From Gammaproteobacteria bacterium (GTDB lineage Bacteria > Pseudomonadota > Gammaproteobacteria > Ga0077554 > Ga007554), in NCBI GenBank assembly GCA_021731145.1, contig JAKFXX010000026.1, positions 11,196-75,195 on the forward strand: DNA of 64,000 nt, written 5' to 3'. Below, one piece after another: positions 29,179 through 43,900 of this stretch; positions within the stretch are counted from its first letter, which is position 1, and every line of letters starts with the position of its first letter. The position numbers were made by a program, and so were the translations under genes. Under the pieces are notes generated by a model. That model was given only the letters and a program-made list of their open reading frames with translations, was not told the origin of the DNA and ran no database searches.

Positions 29179-29970
29179 CTATTTTAAAATAGGCAGACCA
29201 GCACCCGCCCCGGCAAGGGGCATTTCCAGGGTATGAATCTTGTTCGTATCCTTTTCCACCAGTTGCAGGCGCAACAGCTTGGCCGTAGCCGCTTCGCCAG
29301 GGAAGAAGATAAACCCGTAAGCGAGATCGCCAGGACGCACCGGCTTGTTCTGCAACGACTTGTCACGGAAGTCATCCATCACCCGGCCACGCGCCTCATC
29401 CGCCGAAGCCATGCCACCCGCACCTCCAAGCACCGCTCCCGCAGCTACGCCCGTTGCGGCACCTCTTCCGGCACTGCTGGCGACATCCTCACCCGTAACC
29501 ACGCCCACCGCAGCACCCACCAAGGCGCCCGCCACGCCGCCGAGAAAACCGCCGTAGGCACCTTCGCTAAAGATCTTTTTGGTCTGCGCATACTTGGTAA
29601 CCCGCTCGTAGGCGAAACGGTCCTGCAATACCGGCCAGAGCTTGCCATCGCCATCCACCAAAAAGGTCTGACCCGGATTAATCGCCAGCGGACTCGAACC
29701 CTTATTGTCAAACACCACCTGTACCGGCAGCAGACCCGCGCCGCGCACGTCGAACCCAAAGGCTTGCCCCGCCTTGTCCTTGTCAGCATAGGCCTCGGCA
29801 CCGACCGTCGCCCCGGCGACCACCGTGGCATTGGAATACTGGGAAGGCAAGAGAAAAGGCAACGGCTGGGCCTTATACGCTGTCGCGCACGCGGCAAGGG
29901 CTGCTGACAAACCCACCGCAATGAAAAATGAGAATCCTTTTCTTCCTAACGGCACATATCGCATGACCAC
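29179..29970 (-). CDS. Lipoprotein with a glycine-zipper region (hypothetical)
   Basis: Lipobox LAAC; a Gly/Ala-rich GxxxG-type stretch (GGFLGGVAGALVGAAVGVVTG). Confidence 0.55.
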   Translation of the reverse strand: MVMRYVPLGRKGFSFFIAVGLSAALAACATAYKAQPLPFLLPSQYSNATVVAGATVGAEAYADKDKAGQAFGFDVRGAGLLPVQVVFDNKGSSPLAINPGQTFLVDGDGKLWPVLQDRFAYERVTKYAQTKKIFSEGAYGGFLGGVAGALVGAAVGVVTGEDVASSAGRGAATGVAAGAVLGGAGGMASADEARGRVMDDFRDKSLQNKPVRPGDLAYGFIFFPGEAATAKLLRLQLVEKDTNKIHTLEMPLAGAGAGLPILK

Positions 29971-30057
29971 TCTCCTTTGGTATGAACATGACTTGCCACA
30001 GCATCTGGCGTGGAAGGCAAATGAAATCAGGGATGCACGCGAACCCCGGCTGCCGTT

Positions 30058-33750
<3,693 letters not shown>

Positions 33751-33842
33751 AAGTATTCAGTGTAGTTTGGCTCAAGCGGCACCATCCCCTTTTTTCAAAG
33801 GACGGAAGGGCAGGCAGAATGATGCAAGCCGCATATTATCGC

Positions 33843-34526
33843 CTATCTGCGCCGCAATATCGCTATCCAGCGCCACAGATTGAACAAACTGGCCAGCGAA
33901 CCGGCCACATAGGTGAGGGCGCACGCCCGCAGGATGCGGCGCGCGGCGCGTTCCTCCTGCGCCGAGATGTAGCCCCCGTCGCGCAACACCGGCAACGCCC
34001 GGCCAAAACTGGCGTCCCATTCCACGGGCAGGGTAACGAGATGAACGAGGGTCGACATGGCAAAACCGGCAAGACCCACGAGGAATAGCGCAAAACCCGC
34101 CGATGGGGAGCGCGCCAGCGCTGCCGCCACGGGTATCAGCAGCATCGCCAAGGACGCCAGCTTTTCAGTGCGCTGCGCAATCTGCACCAGGTTGCTGCGC
34201 ATCTTCAGGGGACCATATCCGGCCTGATCCTGCAATGCGTGCCCCACCTCATGCGCCGCCACCGCCACAGCCGTGAGCGATTTGCCATTGAGATAGGCAG
34301 GGCTGAGCCGCACGCGCTTGGCGAGGGGATCGTAATGATCGCCGCTGTCGGTTTGCTCCACACCCACATCAAACAGACCGTGTTTGTCCAACAGGTGCCG
34401 CGCCAATTGGCCGCCGGTGCCGGGCAATTCATCCTGGGTCTTGCTGTAACGCTTGAGAACGTGCCGCGCCCAGAATTGCAGGCCGAAGACGATGAGAATG
34501 CCAAGCAGGACAAGAACGATATACAT
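33843..34526 (-). CDS. Membrane-associated zinc metallopeptidase (HExxH; YpfJ/neutral zinc metallopeptidase family)
   Basis: HEVGH motif with an N-terminal TM helix. Start trimmed to MYIVLVLLG. Confidence 0.65.
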   Translation of the reverse strand: MYIVLVLLGILIVFGLQFWARHVLKRYSKTQDELPGTGGQLARHLLDKHGLFDVGVEQTDSGDHYDPLAKRVRLSPAYLNGKSLTAVAVAAHEVGHALQDQAGYGPLKMRSNLVQIAQRTEKLASLAMLLIPVAAALARSPSAGFALFLVGLAGFAMSTLVHLVTLPVEWDASFGRALPVLRDGGYISAQEERAARRILRACALTYVAGSLASLFNLWRWIAILRRR

Positions 34527-34576
34527 AAACACAGCCCCACGTTTGCCTGCCAGCAACCAAGGGAAGTTGTTGCAGC

Positions 34577-35083
34577 CTAAAGTGACGAAATCGGCTTTGC
34601 AACGCCGACCGCATGGAGTTTTGGGGCAGCCTCCTTGGCGCTGAATAAATCAACGCTTTCCGCGACGAAATACACGCCGCGAAACTCGCCATCCACAGGC
34701 TTGAGAACCAGGAAATAGGTCTGGCCGCCCGCAAAAGACCATTTCTTGTCTTTCGACATTTCCTTGATGGTCCAGTTCGGGCCGACAGCGGTCTTTGATT
34801 TCAGGGTCATCGTGGTGGTGGCGCGGGGCTTCAGGCGCAGCATGGTGTACTCGCCCTTGCCCAGCGTCAGCAGCCTTTCCTGATCCATCTCAATGGTCAG
34901 CGGATTATCGGGAAACCCCATGGCGCGCTCGGTGTTTGGGCGCAGAAAATAGACTGTGGCATAAGGTCCACTACCGCTTTTTTCCATCAATGGGTGATTT
35001 GACACAATCTTCGTCGATGCGCACCCGGACACGCCCAGTGCGGCCAGTGTCAGCAAAATACCGAAAAAAGCTTGTTTTTTCAT
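34577..35083 (-). CDS. Hypothetical lipoprotein (168 aa)
   Basis: MKKQAFFGILLTLAALGVSGCAS lipobox. The long N-terminal extension in the track is an artefact, so the start was trimmed to 35083. Confidence 0.6.
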   Translation of the reverse strand: MKKQAFFGILLTLAALGVSGCASTKIVSNHPLMEKSGSGPYATVYFLRPNTERAMGFPDNPLTIEMDQERLLTLGKGEYTMLRLKPRATTTMTLKSKTAVGPNWTIKEMSKDKKWSFAGGQTYFLVLKPVDGEFRGVYFVAESVDLFSAKEAAPKLHAVGVAKPISSL

Positions 35084-35195
35084 CACATTTCCCCCGCCAG
35101 GAAGTAAAATAGGCGTTTTAATGATAATCTCACTCTTTTGACTGCAATACAATGCGTTAAAATATCCTGCTTGAACCAAGGAACGCAATAACACC

Positions 35196-36413
35196 ATGTC
35201 CAAACTCGTAAAACCCCATGGCGGCGGGGAGCTCAAGCCGCTGCTGCTGCAAGGCGCAGAACGCGCCGCTGAACTTGCTCGCGCACAGGGCTTGCCCAAG
35301 GTGCGCATCAGCTCGCGCGAGGCTGGCGATCTGATCATGATGGGCATCGGCGGCTTCACCCCGCTGGAAGGCTTCATGACCCGCGCCGACTGGGAAGGCG
35401 TATGCGATGGCTTCCGCATGGCCAACGGGCTGTTCTGGCCGATCCCTATCACGCTCTCCACGGATAAAACCACCGCCGACAGTATCAAAACCGGTGCCGA
35501 AATCGCCCTGATCAGTGACGAAAGCGACGAAATCATGGCGACCATGTGCGTCACCGAGAAATACACCATCGACAAGGAGCATGAGTGCGTCATGGTGTTC
35601 AAGACCACCGACGCCGAGCACCCTGGCGTGCAGATGGTCATGGCGCAGGGCGATATCAATCTCGCCGGGCCGGTGAAAGTCTTGTCCGAGGGTGATTTCC
35701 CGACCCGCTTTGCCGATACCTACCTCACCCCTGCCCAGACCCGCGCCCAGTTTGAGGCCAAGGGCTGGTCAACGATAGCCGCTTTCCAGACACGCAATCC
35801 AATGCACCGCTCGCATGAGTATCTGGTGAAAATCGCGGTGGAGATCTGTGATGGCGTATTGGTCCACTCGCTGTTGGGCAAGCTCAAGCCCGGCGACATC
35901 CCCGCCGAGGTGCGCAGCAACGCGATCAGCACGCTGATCGACAAGTATTTCGTGAAGGACACCGTAATCCAGGCCGGTTATCCGCTCGACATGCGCTACG
36001 CCGGGCCACGCGAGGCGCTGCTGCACGCGCTGTTCCGCCAGAACTACGGCTGCTCGCACCTGATCGTGGGCCGCGACCACGCCGGGGTGGGCGACTACTA
36101 CGGTCCGTTCGACGCCCAACACATCTTCGACGAAATCCCCGCCGGGGCGCTGGAAACCAAACCGCTGAAGATCGACTGGACCTTCTGGTGCTACAAGTGC
36201 GGCGGCATGGCCTCGATGAAAACCTGCCCGCACGAGGCACAAGACCGCCTGCTGCTGTCCGGCAGCAAGCTGCGCAAAGCGCTGTCCGAAGGCGGCGAAG
36301 TCCCCGCCGAGTTCAGCCGTTCCGAGGTGCTGGCGATCCTGCGCGACTACTACGCCACCATCAAGGATGAAGATAAGGTAGAGGTAAAGTTAAGCGGGCA
36401 TTCGGCAAAATAA
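35196..36413 (+). CDS. sat: Sulfate adenylyltransferase (ATP sulfurylase, homo-oligomeric Sat type)
   Basis: QTRN and GRDHAG motifs ([27 protein letters not shown]). At 405 aa it has no APS-kinase or CysN partner domain. Confidence 0.9.
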   Translation: MSKLVKPHGGGELKPLLLQGAERAAELARAQGLPKVRISSREAGDLIMMGIGGFTPLEGFMTRADWEGVCDGFRMANGLFWPIPITLSTDKTTADSIKTGAEIALISDESDEIMATMCVTEKYTIDKEHECVMVFKTTDAEHPGVQMVMAQGDINLAGPVKVLSEGDFPTRFADTYLTPAQTRAQFEAKGWSTIAAFQTRNPMHRSHEYLVKIAVEICDGVLVHSLLGKLKPGDIPAEVRSNAISTLIDKYFVKDTVIQAGYPLDMRYAGPREALLHALFRQNYGCSHLIVGRDHAGVGDYYGPFDAQHIFDEIPAGALETKPLKIDWTFWCYKCGGMASMKTCPHEAQDRLLLSGSKLRKALSEGGEVPAEFSRSEVLAILRDYYATIKDEDKVEVKLSGHSAK

Positions 36414-36416
36414 TCC

Positions 36417-36453
36417 AAAGCAGGGGCGGGATTGAAAGCCGCCCCTGCTTTAT
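36417..36453. terminator. Bidirectional intrinsic terminator hairpin between convergent sat and the lipoprotein gene
   Basis: aaagcaggggcgg-attgaa-ccgcccctgcttt, a perfect 13-bp stem with flanking A/T runs. Confidence 0.7.
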
Positions 36454-36457
36454 TCCA

Positions 36458-36883
36458 TCATTTCATCTTGCCTTCCAGAGCCCGCACATCCCGCAGCTCA
36501 TCGGCGGAGTAGATTTCCTCCATCGCCACGCTCGAGCTGCGGTGCGGCATCAGCAGCAATTCGGCCAGATCCTTGGTATTTTGATCCGCCGCGTTTAGCG
36601 TGCCCTCAGCCATTTTGTGGAGAGTGACGGAATAGTTATAGCCGCCTTCCGCAAACACCATCTCAACAAACTTTTTGCGCGCGTCCGGGGGCAGGCTCAA
36701 CGGGGACATGGAAAGTTGCTGCTTCTCTTGCACGCTCTGATAAGCCTTGGCGAGCGCTTCCAGCGCGGCTTTGTCGCCGATGGGGGCGGCCGTTTTCGGG
36801 AGTCCCGCCATGTCGCATGCCGCAATGCTCATCAGAAGCACTGCCGCACCGGTCAATCTGGAAAATGTGCTAAATGTAATCAT
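36458..36883 (-). CDS. Hypothetical lipoprotein
   Basis: MITFSTFSRLTGAAVLLMSIAAC lipobox. Start trimmed to 36883. Confidence 0.5.
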   Translation of the reverse strand: MITFSTFSRLTGAAVLLMSIAACDMAGLPKTAAPIGDKAALEALAKAYQSVQEKQQLSMSPLSLPPDARKKFVEMVFAEGGYNYSVTLHKMAEGTLNAADQNTKDLAELLLMPHRSSSVAMEEIYSADELRDVRALEGKMK

Positions 36884-36954
36884 AACGAATGGACCCGGCT
36901 CTGTGGTCAAAAATAAAGATCATACGACAACACTCTTTCGTTTGCAGTTCCGGC

Positions 36955-37126
36955 TCTAAGAACCTGTTCACGATCTTGATCAAGGGATGCAGTGCAAGGC
37001 AAAATCGAACGAAAAAGCGGAGCATACACGAAGTATGTGAGCATTTTGAGTTCGATTTTCCTCGGTACCCCCTTGAGGGGTGAACGCCGCAATGCGCCCT
37101 TCAGCGAGATCGCGAACAGGTTCTAA
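36955..37126. repeat. Intergenic element of about 170 bp bounded by 17-19 nt imperfect inverted repeats (aagaacctgttcacgatc / gatcgcgaacaggttct), with an internal palindrome (aaaatcgaac...gttcgatttt)
   Basis: Read directly from the sequence. It lies between the ankyrin gene stop and the lipoprotein gene. Confidence 0.45.
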
Positions 37127-37131
37127 GCCGC

Positions 37132-37689
37132 CTATTCCTTCTTCTGCACCTTGTTAAGCAGGTTCGCAATGTCGGCATGATCCTCCTTGACCGCCATCAT
37201 CATTGCCGTCCAGCCTTCCTGATTTTTGATGTTCGGGTCAGCTCCGTGGGCCAGCAGCAGCTTCACGGTCTCGATGTATCCCCCGAACGCCGCCCAGTGT
37301 AAAGCTGTCCCGCCGCTGTCTTCCTGTGCGTTGATGTCGGCGCCATGCGCCAGCAGCGCTTCCACGATATCGGTATGCCCTTTCTGGGCAGCCCGCACCA
37401 AGGGGGTCCAGCCCATGTGATCCTTGACGTTAACCTGCGCGCTACTGGCGAGCAGCAGTTTGACCATGTGCAGATTTCCCGATCTCGCCGCGTGCGTTAA
37501 CGCCGTCCAATCGTATTTATTCTTTGCATTAACATCAACACCTTGCGCCAGCATCTGCTTGACTGCCGCTGCGTCGCCATCCATGACTTTTTCCATCAAG
37601 GGGGTATTCTTGTCGCCGCCCGCCACCAGCAAAATAATCAGCGCGGCAACCATAAAGGCAATGATGATGAAAATTCTTCGGCGAACCAT
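37132..37689 (-). CDS. Ankyrin-repeat protein with an N-terminal signal/anchor
   Basis: Four or five ankyrin repeats (TALTHAARSGNLHMVKLLL, TPLVRAAQKGHTDIVEALLAHGADIN, TALHWAAFGGYIETVKLLLAHGADPN), with an N-terminal hydrophobic helix. Confidence 0.8.
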   Translation of the reverse strand: MVRRRIFIIIAFMVAALIILLVAGGDKNTPLMEKVMDGDAAAVKQMLAQGVDVNAKNKYDWTALTHAARSGNLHMVKLLLASSAQVNVKDHMGWTPLVRAAQKGHTDIVEALLAHGADINAQEDSGGTALHWAAFGGYIETVKLLLAHGADPNIKNQEGWTAMMMAVKEDHADIANLLNKVQKKE

Positions 37690-37793
37690 ATTTTTCTGGT
37701 GTCTTTAGTAAAGCGGCCATGAGCAACCGCTTATGTTAGCAAGCACACCGGCAACCGCGCTACGTTGCCGGCGTAATGACAAACTTAAATAAG

Positions 37794-38726
37794 TTACAGG
37801 TGATAGCCAAAGCTATCCTTGAAACGGGCGTAAAATTCCTCGCGCTCGAAGCGGTGGTTCTGGGTGCCGTGATGCTCGATCTTGATCGCCCCCATGAGCG
37901 ACGCGACGCGGCCCGTGGTTTCCCAATCCATGCCGTTCATCAAGCCGTATAGCAGGCCGGCGCGGTAGGCATCGCCACAGCCGGTGGGATCCGCCACCGC
38001 CCTGGGTGCGGCGCAGGGGATGTCGATGCGCTTGTTTGCGGTATAGATGTGCGAGCCCTCGCCACCAAGCGTGATGATCAGCGCATCGACATGCTCGGCC
38101 AGTTCATGCGGTGACTTGCCGGTACGCTCCTGCATGAGCTGCGCTTCGTAGTCATTGAGCGTCACCCAGGTGGCCTGCTCGACGAACTTCATCAGGTCAT
38201 CGCCATCAAACATGGGCATGCCCTGGCCGGGATCAAAGATGAAGGGGGCGCCCGCCTCGGCAAACTGGGCGGCGTGTTGCAGCATGCCGTCGCGGCCATC
38301 GGGCGAAACGATGCCGAGAGTGACGCCTGTGGCGTTTTCAATCTGATTTTCATGGGAAAAATTCATGGCGCCGGGATGAAAGGCGGTAATCTGGTTGTCG
38401 TCCATGTCGGTGGTGATGAACGCCTGTGCGGTGTAGGTGTTGTCGATCACTTTGACGTGCTCAAGACCGACGCCGCAACGCCCCAGCCATTCGGCATAGG
38501 GGCCGAAGTCCGCCCCTACCGTCCCCATCAACGTGGGCTCGCCGCCCAGCAGCTTGAGGTTATAGGCAATATTGCCCGCGCAGCCGCCAAATTCGCGGCG
38601 CATGTTTGCCACCAGAAAGGACACATTCAGGATATGCACCTTGTCAGGCAGGATGTGATTCTTGAATTTGTCATGAAACAACATGATGGTATCATAGGCA
38701 ATGGATCCACAGATCAGGGCTGACAT
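37794..38726 (-). CDS. PfkB-family kinase (adenosine/sugar kinase-like)
   Basis: Ribokinase fold with a C-terminal DPTGCGDAYRAG motif. Confidence 0.7.
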   Translation of the reverse strand: MSALICGSIAYDTIMLFHDKFKNHILPDKVHILNVSFLVANMRREFGGCAGNIAYNLKLLGGEPTLMGTVGADFGPYAEWLGRCGVGLEHVKVIDNTYTAQAFITTDMDDNQITAFHPGAMNFSHENQIENATGVTLGIVSPDGRDGMLQHAAQFAEAGAPFIFDPGQGMPMFDGDDLMKFVEQATWVTLNDYEAQLMQERTGKSPHELAEHVDALIITLGGEGSHIYTANKRIDIPCAAPRAVADPTGCGDAYRAGLLYGLMNGMDWETTGRVASLMGAIKIEHHGTQNHRFEREEFYARFKDSFGYHL

Positions 38727-38969
38727 AGGTATTTTCCGGTTTGGTTTATAAGGATGTAAAAAGGGATTATACGGGGTTCCCGCACCGGTTTTCGAGTGCG
38801 GATGGATTAGTGCAAACCCGGGCAGGTTTCCGCTTGACTGATAACTCTGTGAATCTTGGCGGCTACGCCTGTCAAGAAAGTCCTCGATTTAGCCGATAAA
38901 CACCATGCCACTGAATCACAAACGCGCTGACTAGCGACCTGCCGCACGGGTGTTAAGGATGCACCAGAA

Positions 38970-39533
38970 ATGACAAGCATTACCAGGATAATCACGCTTT
39001 TACTTTTATGTCCACTCATGGTGGCGGGGATCGGCCACGCGCAGGAAATCTCCGCTGGCGCTACAGCACAAACATTGCGGGGCGAGCTTTTCTCCCTGGA
39101 CGATAAGGTGCAATCTCTCCAAAAATCGGCGGCGGACATAAACCGCGACCTCACGATCCTTGAGGAAGAGGCGCAATTTCCGGAAAAATCCCGCATCTCG
39201 GCTTTTCTGGGCATGGACCATCTGCCGCGTTTCGATCTGCACTCGGTTGATTTAAAGCTCGATGGCAAAACCGTGTCGGCGCATGCCTACACACCCGAGG
39301 AAAAATCGGCGCTGCGGCGTGGCGGCATGCACCGCATCCATATTGGCAAGCTGAGCACGGGGGAGCACAGACTGGTGGCGGCTTTCACAGGGAAAACCCC
39401 CACCGATCCGCAATACAGCAATACCGTGTCATTCAATTTCAGGAAAGAACAGAAACCCAAAGCCATTGTTCTGAACATTTCCGACCTATTGCAGGATGAC
39501 ATGCCGGAAATCACCGCGCGCGAAATACGCTAA
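38970..39533 (+). CDS. Secreted coiled-coil protein, first gene of the TPR/ExbBD/TonB operon
   Basis: Signal peptide MTSITRIITLLLLCPLMVAGIGHA, a coiled-coil segment and a beta-rich C-terminus. There is a 12-bp gap to the next gene. Confidence 0.55.
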   Translation: MTSITRIITLLLLCPLMVAGIGHAQEISAGATAQTLRGELFSLDDKVQSLQKSAADINRDLTILEEEAQFPEKSRISAFLGMDHLPRFDLHSVDLKLDGKTVSAHAYTPEEKSALRRGGMHRIHIGKLSTGEHRLVAAFTGKTPTDPQYSNTVSFNFRKEQKPKAIVLNISDLLQDDMPEITAREIR

Positions 39534-39544
39534 CAGATAATGCG

Positions 39545-40990
39545 ATGAAACAACGTGGCATAAAACATCAGATAGCTCAGTGGGCGTTATGGCTTGCCGC
39601 AAGCCTCGCCTTGCCGGCAGGCCATGCGGCGGACGATCTGCGCGACGACATCGCCTGGAAAGTGAACGACCCGCGCCTCGGCGAGGCCTTGTTCAGCTTT
39701 TACCAAGGCGATTATTTCTCCGCCATAACGCGAATCGAAGCCTCCCAGAAAACGCAGGCGCTGGCTGAACAGCAGGACGAGGGCGAACTGCTGCTTGGCA
39801 TGCTCTATCTTTCCTATGGCATGAGCAACGAGGCGCAGAAAACTTTTTCTCGCCTGTCCAGCAAGAACTCCTCCCCCGCCGGGAGCGCCGCCACACTCTA
39901 TCTTGCCCAAATCCTTTACCGGCGGGATGATCTTGCCGAGGCCGAAAAACTTGTCGCTAAAATCAACGAAAATCTCCCCCCCGGCCTGCGGGAAAAGCGG
40001 GATCTGCTGCTGGCCGATATCCTGATCGCAAAAAAACAATACGCCGAAGCCGAAAAGGCGCTGCTTCGCCTAAGTGATGACTCAGACGAGGGCTATTACC
40101 GCCGCCATAACCTCGCGGCAAACATGATCAAGGCGGGGCAAACTCAACAGGGCCTGGCACTGTTGAATAAAATCAGCAACACCTCTCCGGACAGAATCAG
40201 CAACAACCTCGAAATGAAAACGTTGCAGGACAAGGCCAACCTCGCGCTTGGTTACAGCAGCCTGCAGGCGAAAAAACCGGGGGAGGCAAAGGCCTATTTT
40301 AATAAAGTCCGCCTGGACGGTTATTTCTCGTCCAACGCATTGCTGGGCATGGGGCTGGCCGAGGCAGCGCTGGGCCAACGGCAACGCGCCATCATCCCCT
40401 GGATGGAGCTGCAAAAACGTGACGCCAGAATCCCGGAGGTGCAAGAGGCGCTACTCGCCGTGCCTGACGCCTTGTTCAAGCTCGAATCTTACAAAGAATC
40501 GCTACAGCATTATGAGAGCGCCGTCTCCGTATACAAAGCGGAAATTGAGCGCATCACCTCATCCATGGAGGCCATCCGCGCCGGGAAGATGCTGGACATT
40601 CTGGGCAAGGATGCGGCCAGTGAGTCACAGTGGCAGGCGGGCCTGCGCATGCTCAAGGATCAACGCGAAAGCCGTTATCTGCCGTGGCTGATGGAAAACC
40701 CGCTGTTCCAGAAGGCCATCACGCTCTACCGTAGCGCCCTCGCCCAGCAGGACATCCTGAAAGCACGACAAGCCAGCCTTGGACGGGACAACACCGCTGC
40801 GTTTGGTAGCGCCATCGCACAACAGTTGACGGAAGCACAGACGGTCATACAAAAAACCGGGACGTATCTTCAGGGGTTGGCCATGTCTGATCTGGAGCAG
40901 CGCAAGCAGCGCCTGGGCAACTATCTTGCCCAGGCGAATATCAGCGTGGCCCAGCTCTATCACAACGCCTCGGTGCGCGGGGATGAATAA
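39545..40990 (+). CDS. Periplasmic tetratricopeptide-repeat protein (481 aa)
   Basis: Signal peptide followed by multiple TPR-like helices (Y/A/L periodicity). Confidence 0.7.
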   Translation: MKQRGIKHQIAQWALWLAASLALPAGHAADDLRDDIAWKVNDPRLGEALFSFYQGDYFSAITRIEASQKTQALAEQQDEGELLLGMLYLSYGMSNEAQKTFSRLSSKNSSPAGSAATLYLAQILYRRDDLAEAEKLVAKINENLPPGLREKRDLLLADILIAKKQYAEAEKALLRLSDDSDEGYYRRHNLAANMIKAGQTQQGLALLNKISNTSPDRISNNLEMKTLQDKANLALGYSSLQAKKPGEAKAYFNKVRLDGYFSSNALLGMGLAEAALGQRQRAIIPWMELQKRDARIPEVQEALLAVPDALFKLESYKESLQHYESAVSVYKAEIERITSSMEAIRAGKMLDILGKDAASESQWQAGLRMLKDQRESRYLPWLMENPLFQKAITLYRSALAQQDILKARQASLGRDNTAAFGSAIAQQLTEAQTVIQKTGTYLQGLAMSDLEQRKQRLGNYLAQANISVAQLYHNASVRGDE

Positions 40991-40991
40991 C

Positions 40992-43900
40992 ATGAAACTC
41001 CGTCGCGGCCTGGTCACTTTGCCCCTGTTGGTGCTGGCGGCCTGCACCCAGGTTAAAGACGACAGCCAGACCCTGAAAAACCTCGAACATCGCAGCGTCT
41101 CCGTTACAAAAGATACCACCCTCCCGGACAGCCGCAGCAAGGCCATCGAGCAATATCAATCCATTGCAGGCACGACGAATGACAAATCCGTCCAGCGCGA
41201 GGCAAAACGCAAGATTGCCGATCTGGAAGTGGATAATGCGGAGGCCATTTTCCTGGAAAAGATCAAAAAATCCGAGCTGGACGCCCAAACCAGCGCGCCG
41301 CCGCCCCCCGTTGACAACCGCAATGCGATTAATTTGTACCAGGAGCTGTTGCAGGAGCAAGCACCCAAATCCGACGCTGAAAACACGCTGTATCAACTGG
41401 CGAAAGCGTATGAGCAAAGCGGCGATTATCAAAATACCCTGCAGACACTGACCCGCCTGGCCAATGCCTATCCCAAGATAGGCTACATGGATGAGATCCA
41501 GTTCCGGCGCGGGGAAATTCTGTTTACATTAAGGGACTATGCTCAGGCCGAGAAGGCCTATGCCTCCCTTTTGCCCATGAAAAAATCCCAGCTTTACGAG
41601 ATGGCGCTGTATAAACATGGCTGGAGCCTGTACAAGCAGGAACAGTATTTGCCCGCCCTCGATTCATTCTTTGCGATTCTGGACAAAAAATTTCCTGTGA
41701 ACAAGGCCGTAGCGGATGACTTTGTCTTGCCGCGCGGAGAACAGGAGTTTGTAAAAGATACGCTGCGCGTTATCAGCCTCAGCTTTTATCACCTCAATGG
41801 CGCGGGATCAATCACCTCGTATCTTTCTGCCAAAGGTTATCGCCCGTATGAACACCTCCTGTACAAATCCCTCGGTGACCTTGCCCTTGAGAAAGACCGT
41901 GTCAGCGACGCCGTAAACAGTTACAAAGCCTTCATCAAAACGCATCCAGGCCATCCCTACAGTGTGCTCATGCAGCAGAAAATCATCGACGCCTATAAAA
42001 GGCCTGAGTTCGCATCCTTGCTCCTGCCTGAAAAACGGGAGTTTGTCCGCGTTTACGATGAATACAATCAACGACGCATCAGCAACTCCACAAAAACATA
42101 TGCCGAACACCTGATTTACGGTGACAAAATCGCCCAAGACAAGATCACCTCCTATTTAAGGGTCATCCTTGAGGACTTGGCCCGTCATTATCATGCTGAA
42201 GCGCAAAAGAGCAAGGAGCGCGCGGCATACAAGGAAGCCATGGATTGGTATACAAAATTCCTGAAGAACTTTCCCGCGGATAACGACGCCCCAGGCATCA
42301 CTTTCCTGCTCGCTGAAAGCTTGTACGAAAATGGACGCTATGCCGATGCGGTAACGCGTTACGAAAATGTCGCTTATGATTTTCCCACCAATCAAAATGG
42401 TGCCGAAGCGGGCTACGCGGCCCTGATCGCCTATCAGAAACATGGGGAAAAACTCTCGGGCTATGAAAAAAATCTGTGGCGGCGCAATGCCGTGGTGAGC
42501 GCGCTGCGGTTCTCCGAAAAGTATCCCAAGGACAAACGGGTGCCCGCCATTCTGGCCTCCGCGATGGAAGAGCTGTTCTCTCTAAAGCAGTATGACAAGG
42601 CCGAATTCGCCGCGCGGCTCATTCTGAAAATGGAGCCACCCGCTGATATCAAGCAGCGCCGCATGGCGGCAACCATCATCGCGCACTCCGAGTTCGAACG
42701 GGATAATTTTGAACGCGCGGAGGCGAGCTATCGTGAGGTATTGAATCTGCTTCCCGCAGATGATCCCGGCAGAGTGGAGATCATGGAGCATCTGGCATCC
42801 GCAATATACCGGGAAGGTGAACAATCCCGTACTGCGGGCGACATGCCGACGGCTATCCAGCACTTCCTTCGGGTCGGCGTGGCGGCGCCTGCATCACCCA
42901 TCCGCCTCTCGGCGGAATATGATGCCGCTGTCGGCTATATGTCGCTAAACGACTGGAGTAACGCGCTGCGCATCTTCAGCCAGTTCCAGAAAGCCTATCC
43001 TGACAACGCCTTCCAGGCCGATGTGTCACGGCAAATCGTAACGGCCTACCTCCAGTTGGACCAGCCATCCAAGGCCGCTGCCGAACTTGAAAAGACGATT
43101 GCCAGCAACAAGGATGCCCCGGTTCGCCAAGACGCCGCGTGGCAAGCCGCAGAGCTTTATGAGAAAGCCAAGGATACCAAGAACGCTACCAGGGTCTATG
43201 GCTTGTATGTCCAACAGTTCCCCAGCCCGCTGGAGCAGGCCATCGAGGCGCGCCGCCGCCTTGCGGAAGCCTATAAACAAGACAATGACACGGGCATGCA
43301 AAATTATTGGCTGAAGGACATCATCAAGGCGGATCGGGAAGGTGGCGCGGAGCGCACACCGCGCACCCGCCAAACCGCAGCCCATGCCTCAATCACATTG
43401 GCGGATCTCGCCTATCAGGCATTTACTCAGGCACGGCTGATTGAGCCGTTGCAACAAAATCTGAAAATCAAAAAGGAAAAAATGGAAGCGGCCTTGCAGG
43501 CCTACGGCACTGCCGCAGAGTTTGGCGTGGCGGATGTAACAACTGCCGCGACGTACCAGATGGCAAAGATATACAGCGACCTCAGCCGAGATCTGCTTGA
43601 ATCCCAGCGCCCCGAAGGACTCACCCCCGAGGAGCGGGAGCAATATGATGTACTCCTGGAAGAGCAAGCCTTTCCGTTTGAAGAGAAGGCCATCCAGATA
43701 TATGAGTCGAATATCCGGCGCGTGTCCTCCGGCATCTATGACGAATCCGTCAGAAAAAGCTTTTCCGAACTGGGTAAACTATTGCCTGTGAAGTATGCAA
43801 AACACGAGAAAAGCGAACCCTTGACCGGCGTTACGTTGAGCAATGACGGCAAGGATGAAGACGAAAAGGCATTAATTAAAGCCACCGAACAAGTCCCGCC

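Noticed and set aside
34577-35659. 360-aa minus-strand ORF as listed
   Set aside because: Only the C-terminal 168 aa, starting at a lipoprotein signal (MKKQAFFGILLTLAALGVSGC), form a plausible gene. The upstream extension overlaps sat on the opposite strand and is Ser/Pro-rich noise.
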